45,898 bases of DNA. Source: Chthonomonadaceae bacterium. Its GTDB lineage: Bacteria; Armatimonadota; Chthonomonadetes; Chthonomonadales; Chthonomonadaceae. The notes beneath the pieces are model-generated. The model made no database searches, was not told the DNA's origin, and saw only the letters and a list, made by a program, of their open reading frames with translations. Location of the stretch: the NCBI GenBank assembly GCA_035650735.1, contig DASRGZ010000161.1, positions 1 to 45,898 of the forward strand, read 5' to 3'. Of the stretch, positions 18,486-27,091 are shown one piece after another (the first letter of the stretch is position 1; the number at the start of each line of letters is the position of its first letter). A program made the translations under genes and the position numbers.

Positions 18486-18530
18486 AAAAAATAGGCAGGC
18501 CCGATAGCCGAATAAGGATACCGGGCCTGC
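18486..18530 (-). terminator. Intrinsic terminator of the stress-protein gene
   Basis: Minus strand GCAGGCCCG...CGGGCCTGC stem followed by CTATTTTTT. Confidence 0.65.
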
Positions 18531-18588
18531 GTTCGGGTCACAAACCCCTACGTTCCGTTGGATGGGATGGATAGGGAGATTCGAGAGG

Positions 18589-19155
18589 TTACACAACCCG
18601 GGCCGGCGGCGGGGTCAGATCGCTGTAGCGGCTGGCATAGGTGGGCGCTACGTAGTAGGGCGTGTTGTAGCCGCCGTAGGCGACCGCCGTATTGTGCAGG
18701 ATCTGCTGCACGCGCTGCTCATCGCCGGGATGGACGGAGACCACGACGACAATACCGCCTGCGGCCAGGCCGCGCTCATAGTAAGGCGCCACGTTTTCCG
18801 GCACGCCCAGGCTGGCGAGCCAGCCGATGATGCTTCCGGCCAGGCCACCCACGCCCGCACCGGCCCACATCGCCGCCAGCGGCCCCGCCGCTATCAGGCC
18901 CACGCCGGGGATCGCGACAGTGCCGGCGGCCCAGATCAGCCCCAATATGCCGCCGATGATGCCGCCGACGATGCCGCCCGTGCCTACATCCGCCATGGTG
19001 CGTGCGCCGGCCTCATGGGCGACTTCCTGGGCCGCACTGCGATCCTTCATAACGATGGTGATCTCGTTCTCATTATAGCCGATCTGTTTAAGCTGGCTGA
19101 CGGCGTTCTCTGCTGCCTCCTGGGTATCAAACAACCCCGTAATCAGATTCGCCAT
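18589..19155 (-). CDS. General stress protein (YflT-like/glycine-zipper membrane protein)
   Basis: MANLITGLFDTQEAAENAVSQLKQIGY, glycine-zipper GGIVGGIIGGILG, IPGVGLIAAGPLAA, YYERGLAAGGIVVVV; ATG 19155 after AAGGAGG. Confidence 0.85.
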   Translation of the reverse strand: MANLITGLFDTQEAAENAVSQLKQIGYNENEITIVMKDRSAAQEVAHEAGARTMADVGTGGIVGGIIGGILGLIWAAGTVAIPGVGLIAAGPLAAMWAGAGVGGLAGSIIGWLASLGVPENVAPYYERGLAAGGIVVVVSVHPGDEQRVQQILHNTAVAYGGYNTPYYVAPTYASRYSDLTPPPARVV

Positions 19156-19269
19156 ATTGTTCTTCCTCCTTATGAGAGACTCGTAGCGCCTGAACGTCGC
19201 TGCCGCAGGCATCCTGGCGTGCCTTCTTTCAGGGACCGGCAAATACGTCGGAAGCGCTGCACTCGGATG

Positions 19270-19295
19270 GACGTTGCCCTGCGGCGGCTTGTTCC
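19270..19295 (-). promoter_or_regulatory. Candidate ECF-sigma promoter GGAAC-N17-CGTC
   Basis: Minus strand GGAAC aagccgccgcagggcaa CGTC, about 115 bp upstream of the stress gene. Confidence 0.45.
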
Positions 19296-19332
19296 GAAGG
19301 ATCACGGCTCAGGAAGGAATGGGGAGGGCGCC

Positions 19333-19370
19333 AAAAAGAAGCCCTGTCTACGGGCTTTGCCGGACAGGGC
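19333..19370 (-). terminator. Intrinsic terminator downstream of the S8 peptidase
   Basis: Minus strand GCCCTGTC...GACAGGGC followed by TTCTTTTT. Confidence 0.7.
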
Positions 19371-19467
19371 GCGGAAAAGTCAAACCTCAATGCAGCTTAC
19401 TGAACTGCATTCTGACGCGATTGTATAGGCGAAAATATCGCCGGGCGTGAAGGCTCCCGGTTTGGCG

Positions 19468-22134
19468 CTACCCTCCCCGTCCGGGGGGTGGGGTTGGGGA
19501 AGTAGGCAGCGTGGGCAGGCCCCGCCGCAGGATGATCGTCACTATTTCCGAGGCGTTGGGGTCCACGGTGCTGGTCACCTTCACCTGTGCTTTGCCGATT
19601 AAAACGCCGTGGGGTGCCGAGGGCGCATGATACAGGCCCGTGTCGGAGATGGTGCCGCCTCCACTGACCACCGACCAGGTGACGCTCTGATCCACGGCGC
19701 CGTGCACTGTCGCGTGCAGTTGCAGCGACTTGCCGTAGTATCCCTTGGCCGGATTCGGCGTCGCTTCGACCTCGACCGGCCCAAAGGAGATCTGTGCCGT
19801 GCCGTAGCGTAGCGGTGAGGCGACGCTGGCGGCCTTGGCGACGACCCGGTTGGAGGTGCCGGGACTGGCGGGCGCAGTCAGCAGGCCGTTTTGATCGATG
19901 GTTGCGCCCGCATCGTTGACCGGCAGGCTCCAGACGACGCGGTGATCCTGCGTTCCGGTCACCTGCGCCGTCAGCTTCAGGGTGCCGCCGTAAGGTACGT
20001 TGGCCGACTGCGGAGCCACCGCAACCTGTATCTCTCCGGCGCGCAGGTCCGCAAATACATCGCATCCGGCGGTCACGTGGACGGTCGTGCTCACCGACTC
20101 GCCGAGGATGCGCGCGCTGATATCATAATCGCCCTCCGGCAGGTTGAGCAGGTGGAAGACGCCATCCGGGGCGGTGCTGGTGGCCGTAGAGACAAGGGTG
20201 GTGGTGCCGGCCTTGCGGGCATAGACGCCCACGCTGGAAATGACCGTGCCGCCAAAGGTCGTCAGGCCGACGATACCGCCTTTGATCGTGGTGCGCTGGA
20301 GATGATCCTGAAGGGTGGCCTGGGCGTTAATGCGCCCGTAGCCGAACAGCAGATCGAAGCCGCCGTCGGGCCGGCTCCCCAGCTGCTCCGCGCCGCGCTC
20401 GATGGCCTGCACAATATGCAGGGGGCCATCCGGCGTAGACTGGGTGATGCCGTTGGCGGCGGCATAGAGCGCGGCCAGGCCCGTCACCAGCGGCGCTGCC
20501 AGCGATGTGCCGGGAAGCATTCCCTCATTCAGACCATAGAGGCCCAACTGGGCGTAGGCCCCGAACGGGCTGGTGGGGTCGGAAAGCGGCACCAGGTAGG
20601 TCGGCGCGGTTGTGTAGGCAAAGACCCATTCGGGGATGCTGTCGGAGGGCAGCCCCAGGCTCGTAAGTAATGTCTGCAATAGGGTATCGTCGGCCATCGG
20701 GGCAGTGTTGAGGAATAGCGTGCCCAGGCCGGTGGAGGGAACGGCTTCTCCTGCCGGCGCCACGACACCCAGGCTCTGCCCGAAGTTGCTGTAGGAGGCC
20801 AGATGCTCGGTCTGGTCGTAGGTGCCGGTGGTGTCGGAGGAAACCGGTCCGCCGCCATAGGTGGAAGCGCCAACGCAGAGCACGCGCGCATTGGAGGCCG
20901 GCCAGCGGCGTATCATCCCCTGTTCGGGGTTGGTGTCGCTGCCGTCGTTGCCTGCGGCGGCGATAACCAGGGTGCCATGCTGCCACGCATAGTCGCAGGC
21001 ATCTTGCAGCGGAGCCGAGTAACCCAGGTCGGTGCGGGCGCTGATATTGATGAGCAGGCAGCCGTTGTCCACGGCGTACAGGATCGCCGTGACCAGATCG
21101 GAGTCGTCGCCATCGCCATCCGGGCCGTAGATGCGAATGGGAACGATGCGGCACGGAAAACCCAGGCCCGGCACGCCGTAGCCGTTATTGGGCCCGGCGC
21201 CGATAACGCCGGCCAGGCTGGTGCCGTGCCCGAACACATCGGCAGCCAGCATGGGGTTCGGATCGGTATTGCCCAGATAGAAGCTGCGCGCCAGGGAGGT
21301 TTCTATTTGGCCGCCATAGGCGATATCCGTGCGGTCGCCTTGATTGGTTCCGGCAGGGCCCGGATAGGCAAAGCCAGGGTGATGGAAGTCAATGCCGGTG
21401 TCTATGATGGCCACGCGCGGCATCCGGGAGGGATCGCTGGCAAGCTGAGCGATGCGATCGGCAGCCGTCGGGTAGAGCCCTGGATAGACATTCCAGCCGC
21501 CCAAGGCGTTCACCGTCTCCAGGGTCCAGTTGTAGTGCCAGCCGGAGGAGTCATAATCGCGCGGATCGCCCGTATCTTGTAGGAGGCCCTGCTGGACGAG
21601 GAAGGCGCCAAACAGAAGATGGGGGTCAATCATCTGGCCCCAGCGCGGGTTGGTGGGGGGATTGAGGAGCAGGCGGAGGCCCTGTACCGGCACGGCCTGC
21701 TGCACGTTCGGATCGCGGCTCAGGGCGTCGAGCGTTTTGGGCAGCGCCTCCGGGGAGGCCAGACGGAAGACGTGCCAGCCGATAGCTTCATGCGAGCGCA
21801 CGTAGGTCAGCGCGGGGGCCACATCGGCGCTAAGATCGGCCTTGTTGCGCTTCTCGGCTGCTGCCGCCGAGAAGGCGCGGGCAAAATCGACCGGCTTTAC
21901 CAGCGTTTTGAACTTGACGAAGACTTGCCCTGTGGCGCGCGGGCGCTCTGCCTCCATTCTGAGAGCCGCTTCTATCTGTGGAACGGCAAATTGCGGGCGG
22001 ATGGGCGGACGCGCCGGAAGCTGGGCGGGCGCGGCGAGGGGCAGCAGGCTCAGGGCAAGCAGGGCAAGCAGAGCGCGGGGCCAAGCCTTCCAGGAGCGTA
22101 CGCGCTGTGGGAGGCTATATCTGAGAGAAAACAT
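19468..22134 (-). CDS. Secreted S8 (subtilisin-like) serine peptidase with C-terminal beta-sandwich and two Ig-like domains
   Basis: Signal peptide; triad IIDTG, GHGTSLAG, PGTSLAAP; AAAGND; C-terminal Big-like repeats (VVWSL...TIDQNGLLTAP; VTWSV...TISDTGLYHAP). Confidence 0.9.
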   Translation of the reverse strand: MFSLRYSLPQRVRSWKAWPRALLALLALSLLPLAAPAQLPARPPIRPQFAVPQIEAALRMEAERPRATGQVFVKFKTLVKPVDFARAFSAAAAEKRNKADLSADVAPALTYVRSHEAIGWHVFRLASPEALPKTLDALSRDPNVQQAVPVQGLRLLLNPPTNPRWGQMIDPHLLFGAFLVQQGLLQDTGDPRDYDSSGWHYNWTLETVNALGGWNVYPGLYPTAADRIAQLASDPSRMPRVAIIDTGIDFHHPGFAYPGPAGTNQGDRTDIAYGGQIETSLARSFYLGNTDPNPMLAADVFGHGTSLAGVIGAGPNNGYGVPGLGFPCRIVPIRIYGPDGDGDDSDLVTAILYAVDNGCLLINISARTDLGYSAPLQDACDYAWQHGTLVIAAAGNDGSDTNPEQGMIRRWPASNARVLCVGASTYGGGPVSSDTTGTYDQTEHLASYSNFGQSLGVVAPAGEAVPSTGLGTLFLNTAPMADDTLLQTLLTSLGLPSDSIPEWVFAYTTAPTYLVPLSDPTSPFGAYAQLGLYGLNEGMLPGTSLAAPLVTGLAALYAAANGITQSTPDGPLHIVQAIERGAEQLGSRPDGGFDLLFGYGRINAQATLQDHLQRTTIKGGIVGLTTFGGTVISSVGVYARKAGTTTLVSTATSTAPDGVFHLLNLPEGDYDISARILGESVSTTVHVTAGCDVFADLRAGEIQVAVAPQSANVPYGGTLKLTAQVTGTQDHRVVWSLPVNDAGATIDQNGLLTAPASPGTSNRVVAKAASVASPLRYGTAQISFGPVEVEATPNPAKGYYGKSLQLHATVHGAVDQSVTWSVVSGGGTISDTGLYHAPSAPHGVLIGKAQVKVTSTVDPNASEIVTIILRRGLPTLPTSPTPPPGRGG

Positions 22135-22408
22135 GGCGACAAACCCTCCACGGATCGAATTTGAGCGGTGCCTACAAATTCCGATAATTCCGCCTGCCTG
22201 AGTTGGCGCCTCTCCGGGAGGAAACAGCTTTTGCGAGGGAGCTATACGGTTGGGGGCTATCCCTATTCCGACAGGCAGGTGGAATGGCGCAAGGCGGGGC
22301 CGTCATGGCAATGTTCGCAGGGCCGACCAGGTATTCCTGCAAGGAAAGCCTTTCTTGCCAGTTGAAAAAGAAAAATAGGCCGCATTTTACTGCCAGGGGG
22401 GCTGGGGG

Positions 22409-22468
22409 TTGACTTATAGGGAGCACGCTGGGTAGACTCCTTAGCGCAAATAGGAATCATTCTTATTT
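22409..22468 (+). promoter_or_regulatory. Promoter with downstream Fur/PerR-like operator
   Basis: TTGACT-18 bp-TAGACT (22409-22438), then AT-rich dyad AAATAGGAAT-C-ATTCTTATTT (22448-22468) upstream of the peroxiredoxin. Confidence 0.65.
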
Positions 22469-22516
22469 AGATGATTCCCTATCCTATTCCCTGAGACGTG
22501 AAGGAGACACGAGACG

Positions 22517-23071
22517 ATGCCTCTGGCAAAAGTGGGCGAAGCGGCCCCCGATTTTACGATGGCCATCGCCCGTCCTGGCGATACTCCCAAGACTACCGGC
22601 ACCAAGATTTCGCTCTCGGATTATCGGGGCAAGTGGCTGGTCCTGTTCTTCTATCCACTGGATTTTACCTTTGTCTGCCCGACCGAGATCACGGCTCTTT
22701 CCGACCGCTACGAGGAGTTCGAGGAGCTGGGCGCGGACATTCTGGGCGTTTCCACCGATTCGGTTTACTCCCACTTGGCCTGGATGAATACGCCGCGCGA
22801 GGACAACGGCATTGCCGGTTTGCAGTATCCGCTGGCCTCCGATATCACCAAGCAGGTCGCCCGCGACTATGGCGTTCTCGTCGAGGATCAGGGCATTGCC
22901 CTGCGCGGCCTATTTATTATTGACCCGAACGGCGTGCTCCAGTATAGCGTCGTCAACAACCTCAACATCGGGCGCAGCACAGACGAGACGCTGCGCGTCC
23001 TGCAGGCGCTCCAGACCGGCGGCCTGTGCCCATCGGACTGGAAGCCGGGCAAGTCGCTGCTGAGTGTCTAA
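22517..23071 (+). CDS. ahpC: 2-Cys peroxiredoxin (AhpC/TSA; YkuU/AhpA-like)
   Basis: [36 protein letters not shown]. Confidence 0.95.
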   Translation: MPLAKVGEAAPDFTMAIARPGDTPKTTGTKISLSDYRGKWLVLFFYPLDFTFVCPTEITALSDRYEEFEELGADILGVSTDSVYSHLAWMNTPREDNGIAGLQYPLASDITKQVARDYGVLVEDQGIALRGLFIIDPNGVLQYSVVNNLNIGRSTDETLRVLQALQTGGLCPSDWKPGKSLLSV

Positions 23072-23098
23072 GCGCTGCGCGGAGGCAAGTAGAGAGTT

Positions 23099-23557
23099 AT
23101 GCCATTGCGAATTGGGGCGCCTATGCCGGAACTGGAGGGAGCGACGGAATGGATCGGCGGCGAGGTCTCGCGGGAGGATCTGCTCGGCAGCCCAACGCTC
23201 ATCCATTTCTGGGCCATAAGCTGCCACATCTGCCATGACAACATGCCGACTATCGCCCGGTGGCGTGACACGTATGCCGACCGGGGCTTAAAGGTAGTGG
23301 CGGTGCATATGCCGCGACAGGAGAGCGATACCGACGTGGAGGCGGTGCGCGCCGAGATGGCGGCGCTGGGCATCACGGAGCCCTGCGCGATTGATAACCG
23401 GCACGCCATCGGCGAACGCTTTGAGAACCAGTTCTGGCCGGCCTATTTCCTGTTTGACAGCGAAGGCAAGATGCGCAGCCGGTCGGCAGGCAATGCAGGG
23501 CTGACGATGCTGGAGGGCGCGCTCAAGCGCCTGATGGAGCAGCCGGTCTCCGCTTAG
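23099..23557 (+). CDS. ykuV: Thiol-disulfide oxidoreductase (YkuV/AhpT-like thioredoxin fold)
   Basis: PMPELEGATEW, PTLIHFWAISCHIC, VVAVHMPR, FENQFWPAYFLFD closely follow Bacillus YkuV as recalled; same order as ykuU-ykuV. Confidence 0.88.
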   Translation: MPLRIGAPMPELEGATEWIGGEVSREDLLGSPTLIHFWAISCHICHDNMPTIARWRDTYADRGLKVVAVHMPRQESDTDVEAVRAEMAALGITEPCAIDNRHAIGERFENQFWPAYFLFDSEGKMRSRSAGNAGLTMLEGALKRLMEQPVSA

Positions 23558-23586
23558 TTCCCTCAACTGGCGTTCTTCGGTTAATA

Positions 23587-23631
23587 AACATAACCCTCGC
23601 AAGGAGCCTACCCTGCGAGGGTTATGTTTTT
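23587..23631 (+). terminator. Intrinsic (possibly bidirectional) terminator
   Basis: AACATAACCCTCGCA...TGCGAGGGTTATGTT followed by a T run. Confidence 0.8.
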
Positions 23632-23675
23632 GGTCTCTACCTCCGACCTCGGGATCCTTCGGTTTTGGTGTATCT

Positions 23676-23725
23676 CCCCTCATCCCCGTCCCTGCTCCCT
23701 CCAAGGGAGAAGGGGAAGGAGAAGT
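23676..23725. repeat. Family B hairpin repeat (uninserted)
   Basis: CCCCTCATCCCCGTCCCTGCTCCCTCCAAGGGAGAAGGGG, similar to 33712-33755 and 45810-45850. Confidence 0.6.
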
Positions 23726-23822
23726 TTTCTCCCTCGGTATTCCGCCCGCGTAGGCAGGCAGCGGGCCGCAGGCCCCACAGCGGCAGGGTTTAGCCTGCCG
23801 GAAGGGAGGTTAGGTGATCGTG

Positions 23823-24149
23823 TTAGACGGCGGGGATGGCCGGCATCTCCTCGGCGGGCGGAAGCGCCTCCGCAGTCTCCGGGGCAGCAACCACTTCCGG
23901 CTCGGGATAGACGCTGATGCGCCGCCGCTTTTTATCACCCTCAAACTTGACGATGCCGTCGATGAGCGCGAACAGAGTGTAGTCCTTGCCGAGGCCGACG
24001 TTCTTGCCGGGATGAAAACGCGTGCCGCGCTGGCGCACCAGCACGTACCCCGTGCGCACCCGCTCGCCGCCAAACTCCTTGACGCCGAGGCGCTTGGCGT
24101 GGCTATCACGACCGTTACGAGAGCTACCCACACCTTTCTTATGTGCCAT
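23823..24149 (-). CDS. rpmA: 50S ribosomal protein L27
   Basis: [45 protein letters not shown] 24149 after AGGAG. Confidence 0.97.
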   Translation of the reverse strand: MAHKKGVGSSRNGRDSHAKRLGVKEFGGERVRTGYVLVRQRGTRFHPGKNVGLGKDYTLFALIDGIVKFEGDKKRRRISVYPEPEVVAAPETAEALPPAEEMPAIPAV

Positions 24150-24231
24150 TCCTATTCTCCTGATGAGGCGTGGTCGTCTGGAGCGGCAGGTATTGTCCCA
24201 GACAAAAGCCCGCTGCCAGAGACGCCCTTCC

Positions 24232-24543
24232 TCAAACTTGAATGCTTTCGATGTGCAGCCTGGTCTGCCGTTGGCGATGCCCATAGCGGCGATGCTGATT
24301 CTTTTTCGGCTTGTAGGTGAAGCCCTTGATCTTCTTGCCCTTGAATTGCGAGACGATCTTGGCGACGACCTTAGCGCCCGCAAGCGTGGGCACGCCAACC
24401 TGGAGGCCGTTGTCCCCGCTGACCGCCAGCACCTCGGTCAGTTCCACGGTGGAATCCGGCTCGCCTTCCAGCTTTTCAACCGTAATCACGCTGCCTTCGC
24501 TGACTTTATACTGTTTGCCGCCTGTTTTGATGATCGCGTACAT
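24232..24543 (-). CDS. rplU: 50S ribosomal protein L21
   Basis: [18 protein letters not shown]. Confidence 0.98.
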   Translation of the reverse strand: MYAIIKTGGKQYKVSEGSVITVEKLEGEPDSTVELTEVLAVSGDNGLQVGVPTLAGAKVVAKIVSQFKGKKIKGFTYKPKKNQHRRYGHRQRQTRLHIESIQV

Positions 24544-24616
24544 GAATGTTCTCCATAGCCGTTACCGGCAGACACAAAAAAATCCGGCTGTTTCATGCCT
24601 CCGGAGTCAGCCAGAA

Positions 24617-24646
24617 ATTGTAGCATAGAGCCGCCCTTACTGTCAA
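24617..24646 (-). promoter_or_regulatory. Sigma70-type promoter of rplU-rpmA
   Basis: Minus strand TTGACA-18 bp-TACAAT with TG extended -10. Confidence 0.7.
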
Positions 24647-24692
24647 GGGCGGCGGCCAAATTGCAATGCGTCTCATCGGGAGCCGGGCGGCC

Positions 24693-25784
24693 CTAGCCTT
24701 GCCGGAGCAGCTCCAGCATCTGCCGGTCGAGCTTGTGTCCTTTGTAATCCTCGTAAGGGACATCCTGGCGCTCGCTATCCAGGACGCCGAAGGAGCCGCG
24801 CAGGTTCCACAGCGCCCAGCCCCAACCGGCCTGGCGCCACAGATCGAGCTGATCCCGCATCCATGCCAGAACCACATTATGCGGCGTCTTGTTGTAGGCG
24901 CCCCATTCGCCCACGTGCACGCCCACGCCCTGCGCCTCCAGCGCCTTCCAGGGCGCGATCTGATCCCGCTGTAGGCGGGCCTTATCCCAGACCTCGCCGT
25001 TGCCGGTCTTCAAGGGCCAGGTCGGCTCCGGCCAGGTATCCGAGCCGTGTATCCAGCTGGCCTTGTAATGGCTTATCTGCATCGGCGCGTAGCCGCGCGT
25101 GCTCTGCGCGATCTTCAGGCTCGCCAGTTCCGGCACGGGCTTGTTGCCCCACCGCAGCCCATCGGCGATGACCAGGCGGTCGGCAGAGGCGGCGCGAATC
25201 GCCTCGACCGCCGCGGTAGCCGCGCGCACATAGGGCGCGGCGGGAATATCGCCCGGCTCGTTGACAAGATCAAAGGAAAGCTGCGCCGAAGGGATGTCCC
25301 TGTAACGCTCGGCGAACATCCGCCACTGCGCCGCAAACTGTCTGCGGGCCTCCTCGCCGTCCTCGCCGTCGGCCCACAGATCCAGGGGCTCTTTGGGCGG
25401 GTTGACGCAGTAGCCCGGCGCGCGATGCAGGCACAGGTTCATATGGATGTTGCGCTCTCGGCCCCAGGCGATGGCCTGGTCAATCTCCTTGAGCACATCT
25501 TCCCTATACGCGCCCGGAGCGGTCGTCCAGCAGCGGTAGTCGGTAGGAAGGCGAACAAAATCAAAGCCCCATTCGGCCATAAGGTCAAAGTCAGACTCCC
25601 GGTACGGAGCGTTGCCCGCCAGGGTAAACTTCTCCAGCAGGTTAAAGCCGCGCCAGCGCGGCAGGTGCGTTGCATCCACTTTCCGGCCCCTTCTTCTCTG
25701 TCCTTCCGCCGCACCCAGCGCCAGCGTGACGCCAGCCCCGACGCCCAGCGCGAGGAAAGCGCGGCGTGTCAGGTCGTTCCTCAT
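24693..25784 (-). CDS. Glycoside hydrolase family 5 (cellulase family), Tat-exported
   Basis: LTRRAFL Tat motif; WRGFNL, GFDFVRLP, HRAPG, FDLVNEP (acid/base), VHVGEWG (nucleophile), GWALW. Confidence 0.9.
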   Translation of the reverse strand: MRNDLTRRAFLALGVGAGVTLALGAAEGQRRRGRKVDATHLPRWRGFNLLEKFTLAGNAPYRESDFDLMAEWGFDFVRLPTDYRCWTTAPGAYREDVLKEIDQAIAWGRERNIHMNLCLHRAPGYCVNPPKEPLDLWADGEDGEEARRQFAAQWRMFAERYRDIPSAQLSFDLVNEPGDIPAAPYVRAATAAVEAIRAASADRLVIADGLRWGNKPVPELASLKIAQSTRGYAPMQISHYKASWIHGSDTWPEPTWPLKTGNGEVWDKARLQRDQIAPWKALEAQGVGVHVGEWGAYNKTPHNVVLAWMRDQLDLWRQAGWGWALWNLRGSFGVLDSERQDVPYEDYKGHKLDRQMLELLRQG

Positions 25785-25966
25785 TGTGCGATTCCTCATC
25801 CTGATGGCTTGTAGACTCGTCAGCTTCTCCCCTGAGTTCCGCAGGACTCTTCTGCGCCGTCCGCCCCGTCTCCTGCCGGGCAGGAAACAGAGGTCGCGCG
25901 GGCGAACTTCATTGGGTCATCTTCAACGCAGGTTTACCATCCAAGCCCATTGTTTTCCGAAGTCAA

Positions 25967-26658
25967 ATGAGGCCTATTGGAAGCGACCAGCCGATGGAAA
26001 TGCAATTCGGCAATTTACTCTCACGCGAAGACTTGGAAGCGCGTTTGCGACTCATTCCTCCTTCACTCCTTTTAGTCCGGCTCGAAAACGCAATGACACG
26101 CGAAGACTTGGAAGCGCGTTTGCGACTCATTCCTTCTACCAGAGCCGAGGTAAGAGAAAAATCCGCTTTTGCCAGGGTATTATTCAACACCTGCAAAATT
26201 CAGAGACAAATGCCAGTTTAACAACGAAGGAAAAGCTCGCGATAATCGCTCGTGCTTATTTGCATTTAGCAATGATTTATGAGCAATACGGGACAACCAA
26301 CAAGGTTGTAGAAGCTCTAAATTCGTCTCTGAACTATGCTGCGCGAACCGCGGAGAACGATACGAGGTTTTCTGTTTTATACGCTGGCGGCCTCTGCTAC
26401 GGACGATTATATGCTTTTTCGCAAGAACCTGAGAATCTTGATGCTTGGGAACAAGCGGTTGCCTGGTTACAGCGCTCGCTCAGGTATATCGAACCTCCTG
26501 CTGTGCGTTCCCAGATAGTGCTCGTCTATCAATCCCTCGGACGTGTCCTGGCAGACAATCCTGCGGCTTACCTCCAGACGAAATTCATTTATGACTGGTT
26601 GCTTCTTATAAACGATGCTCCCCTGGAAGATATGCTAGAACGGTTTAAAGTTCTGTAA
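25967..26658 (+). pseudogene. AT-rich, frameshifted TPR-like/helical gene
   Basis: The N-terminal ORF 25967-26221 and the helical C-terminal frame ending at 26658 join in frame if the A5 run at 26157-26161 is A6 (...AEVREK|IRFCQGIIQHL...). Region visibly lower in GC than its flanks. Confidence 0.5.
26022..26134 (+). repeat. Exact 38-bp direct repeat, period 75 bp
   Basis: CACGCGAAGACTTGGAAGCGCGTTTGCGACTCATTCCT at 26022-26059 and 26097-26134. Confidence 0.9.
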
Positions 26659-26961
26659 TTGTTAAATCACGAGGAAATCGTTCAAGAGTGCTGTGATCAG
26701 CAACCGGCGAACGGCTGTTACGAGATTGCTATGGCTGCCAGTGCTTGCTGGGTCATGAATCGAAAACGTCGTGCGAGAACCCTAGCAAAACACGGTGTAG
26801 AGCTGGCAGTAAGTCAGGGCGAAACAAAATGGGAGAGGGCCTTTCGGTTCCTTCTGACCAAGAAATACTAGGTAGACACTCCCAGCCGTGTGGATCAATC
26901 TCACGCAGCCTGCTGCTGAGGAGATACGTCCACACCGTTGGGAGGGATTACCAAATACTAA

Positions 26962-27052
26962 GAGTGCCTAACAAAACCCGTTCTCCCTCTCCCTACAAGG
27001 GAGAGGGCCGGGGTGAGGGTAGAGCCTCACGGCCCAGTTTGGTTAGGGGCTC
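26962..27052. mobile_element. MITE with IS5/IS1031-like ends and TAA target duplication, containing a family B hairpin
   Basis: TAA|GAGTGCCTAACAAAAC ... GTTTGGTTAGGGGCTC|TAA. Confidence 0.6.
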
Positions 27053-27091
27053 TAAATGAGACAGATCCTTAGCGCGAATAAAGGAGTAATT

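Noticed and set aside
24150..24398. N-terminal extension of L27 in the ORF track
   Set aside because: Overlaps rplU; the canonical MAHKK start with RBS is at 24149.
25612..25966. 5' part of the 348-aa plus-strand ORF
   Set aside because: Overlaps GH5 antisense and looks non-coding; only the 3' part appears protein-like.
26022..26134. 38-bp repeat plus 37-bp spacer as a mini CRISPR array
   Set aside because: Only two copies, no cas genes, no typical repeat terminus, and the 75-bp period keeps a reading frame, which fits a coding duplication better.
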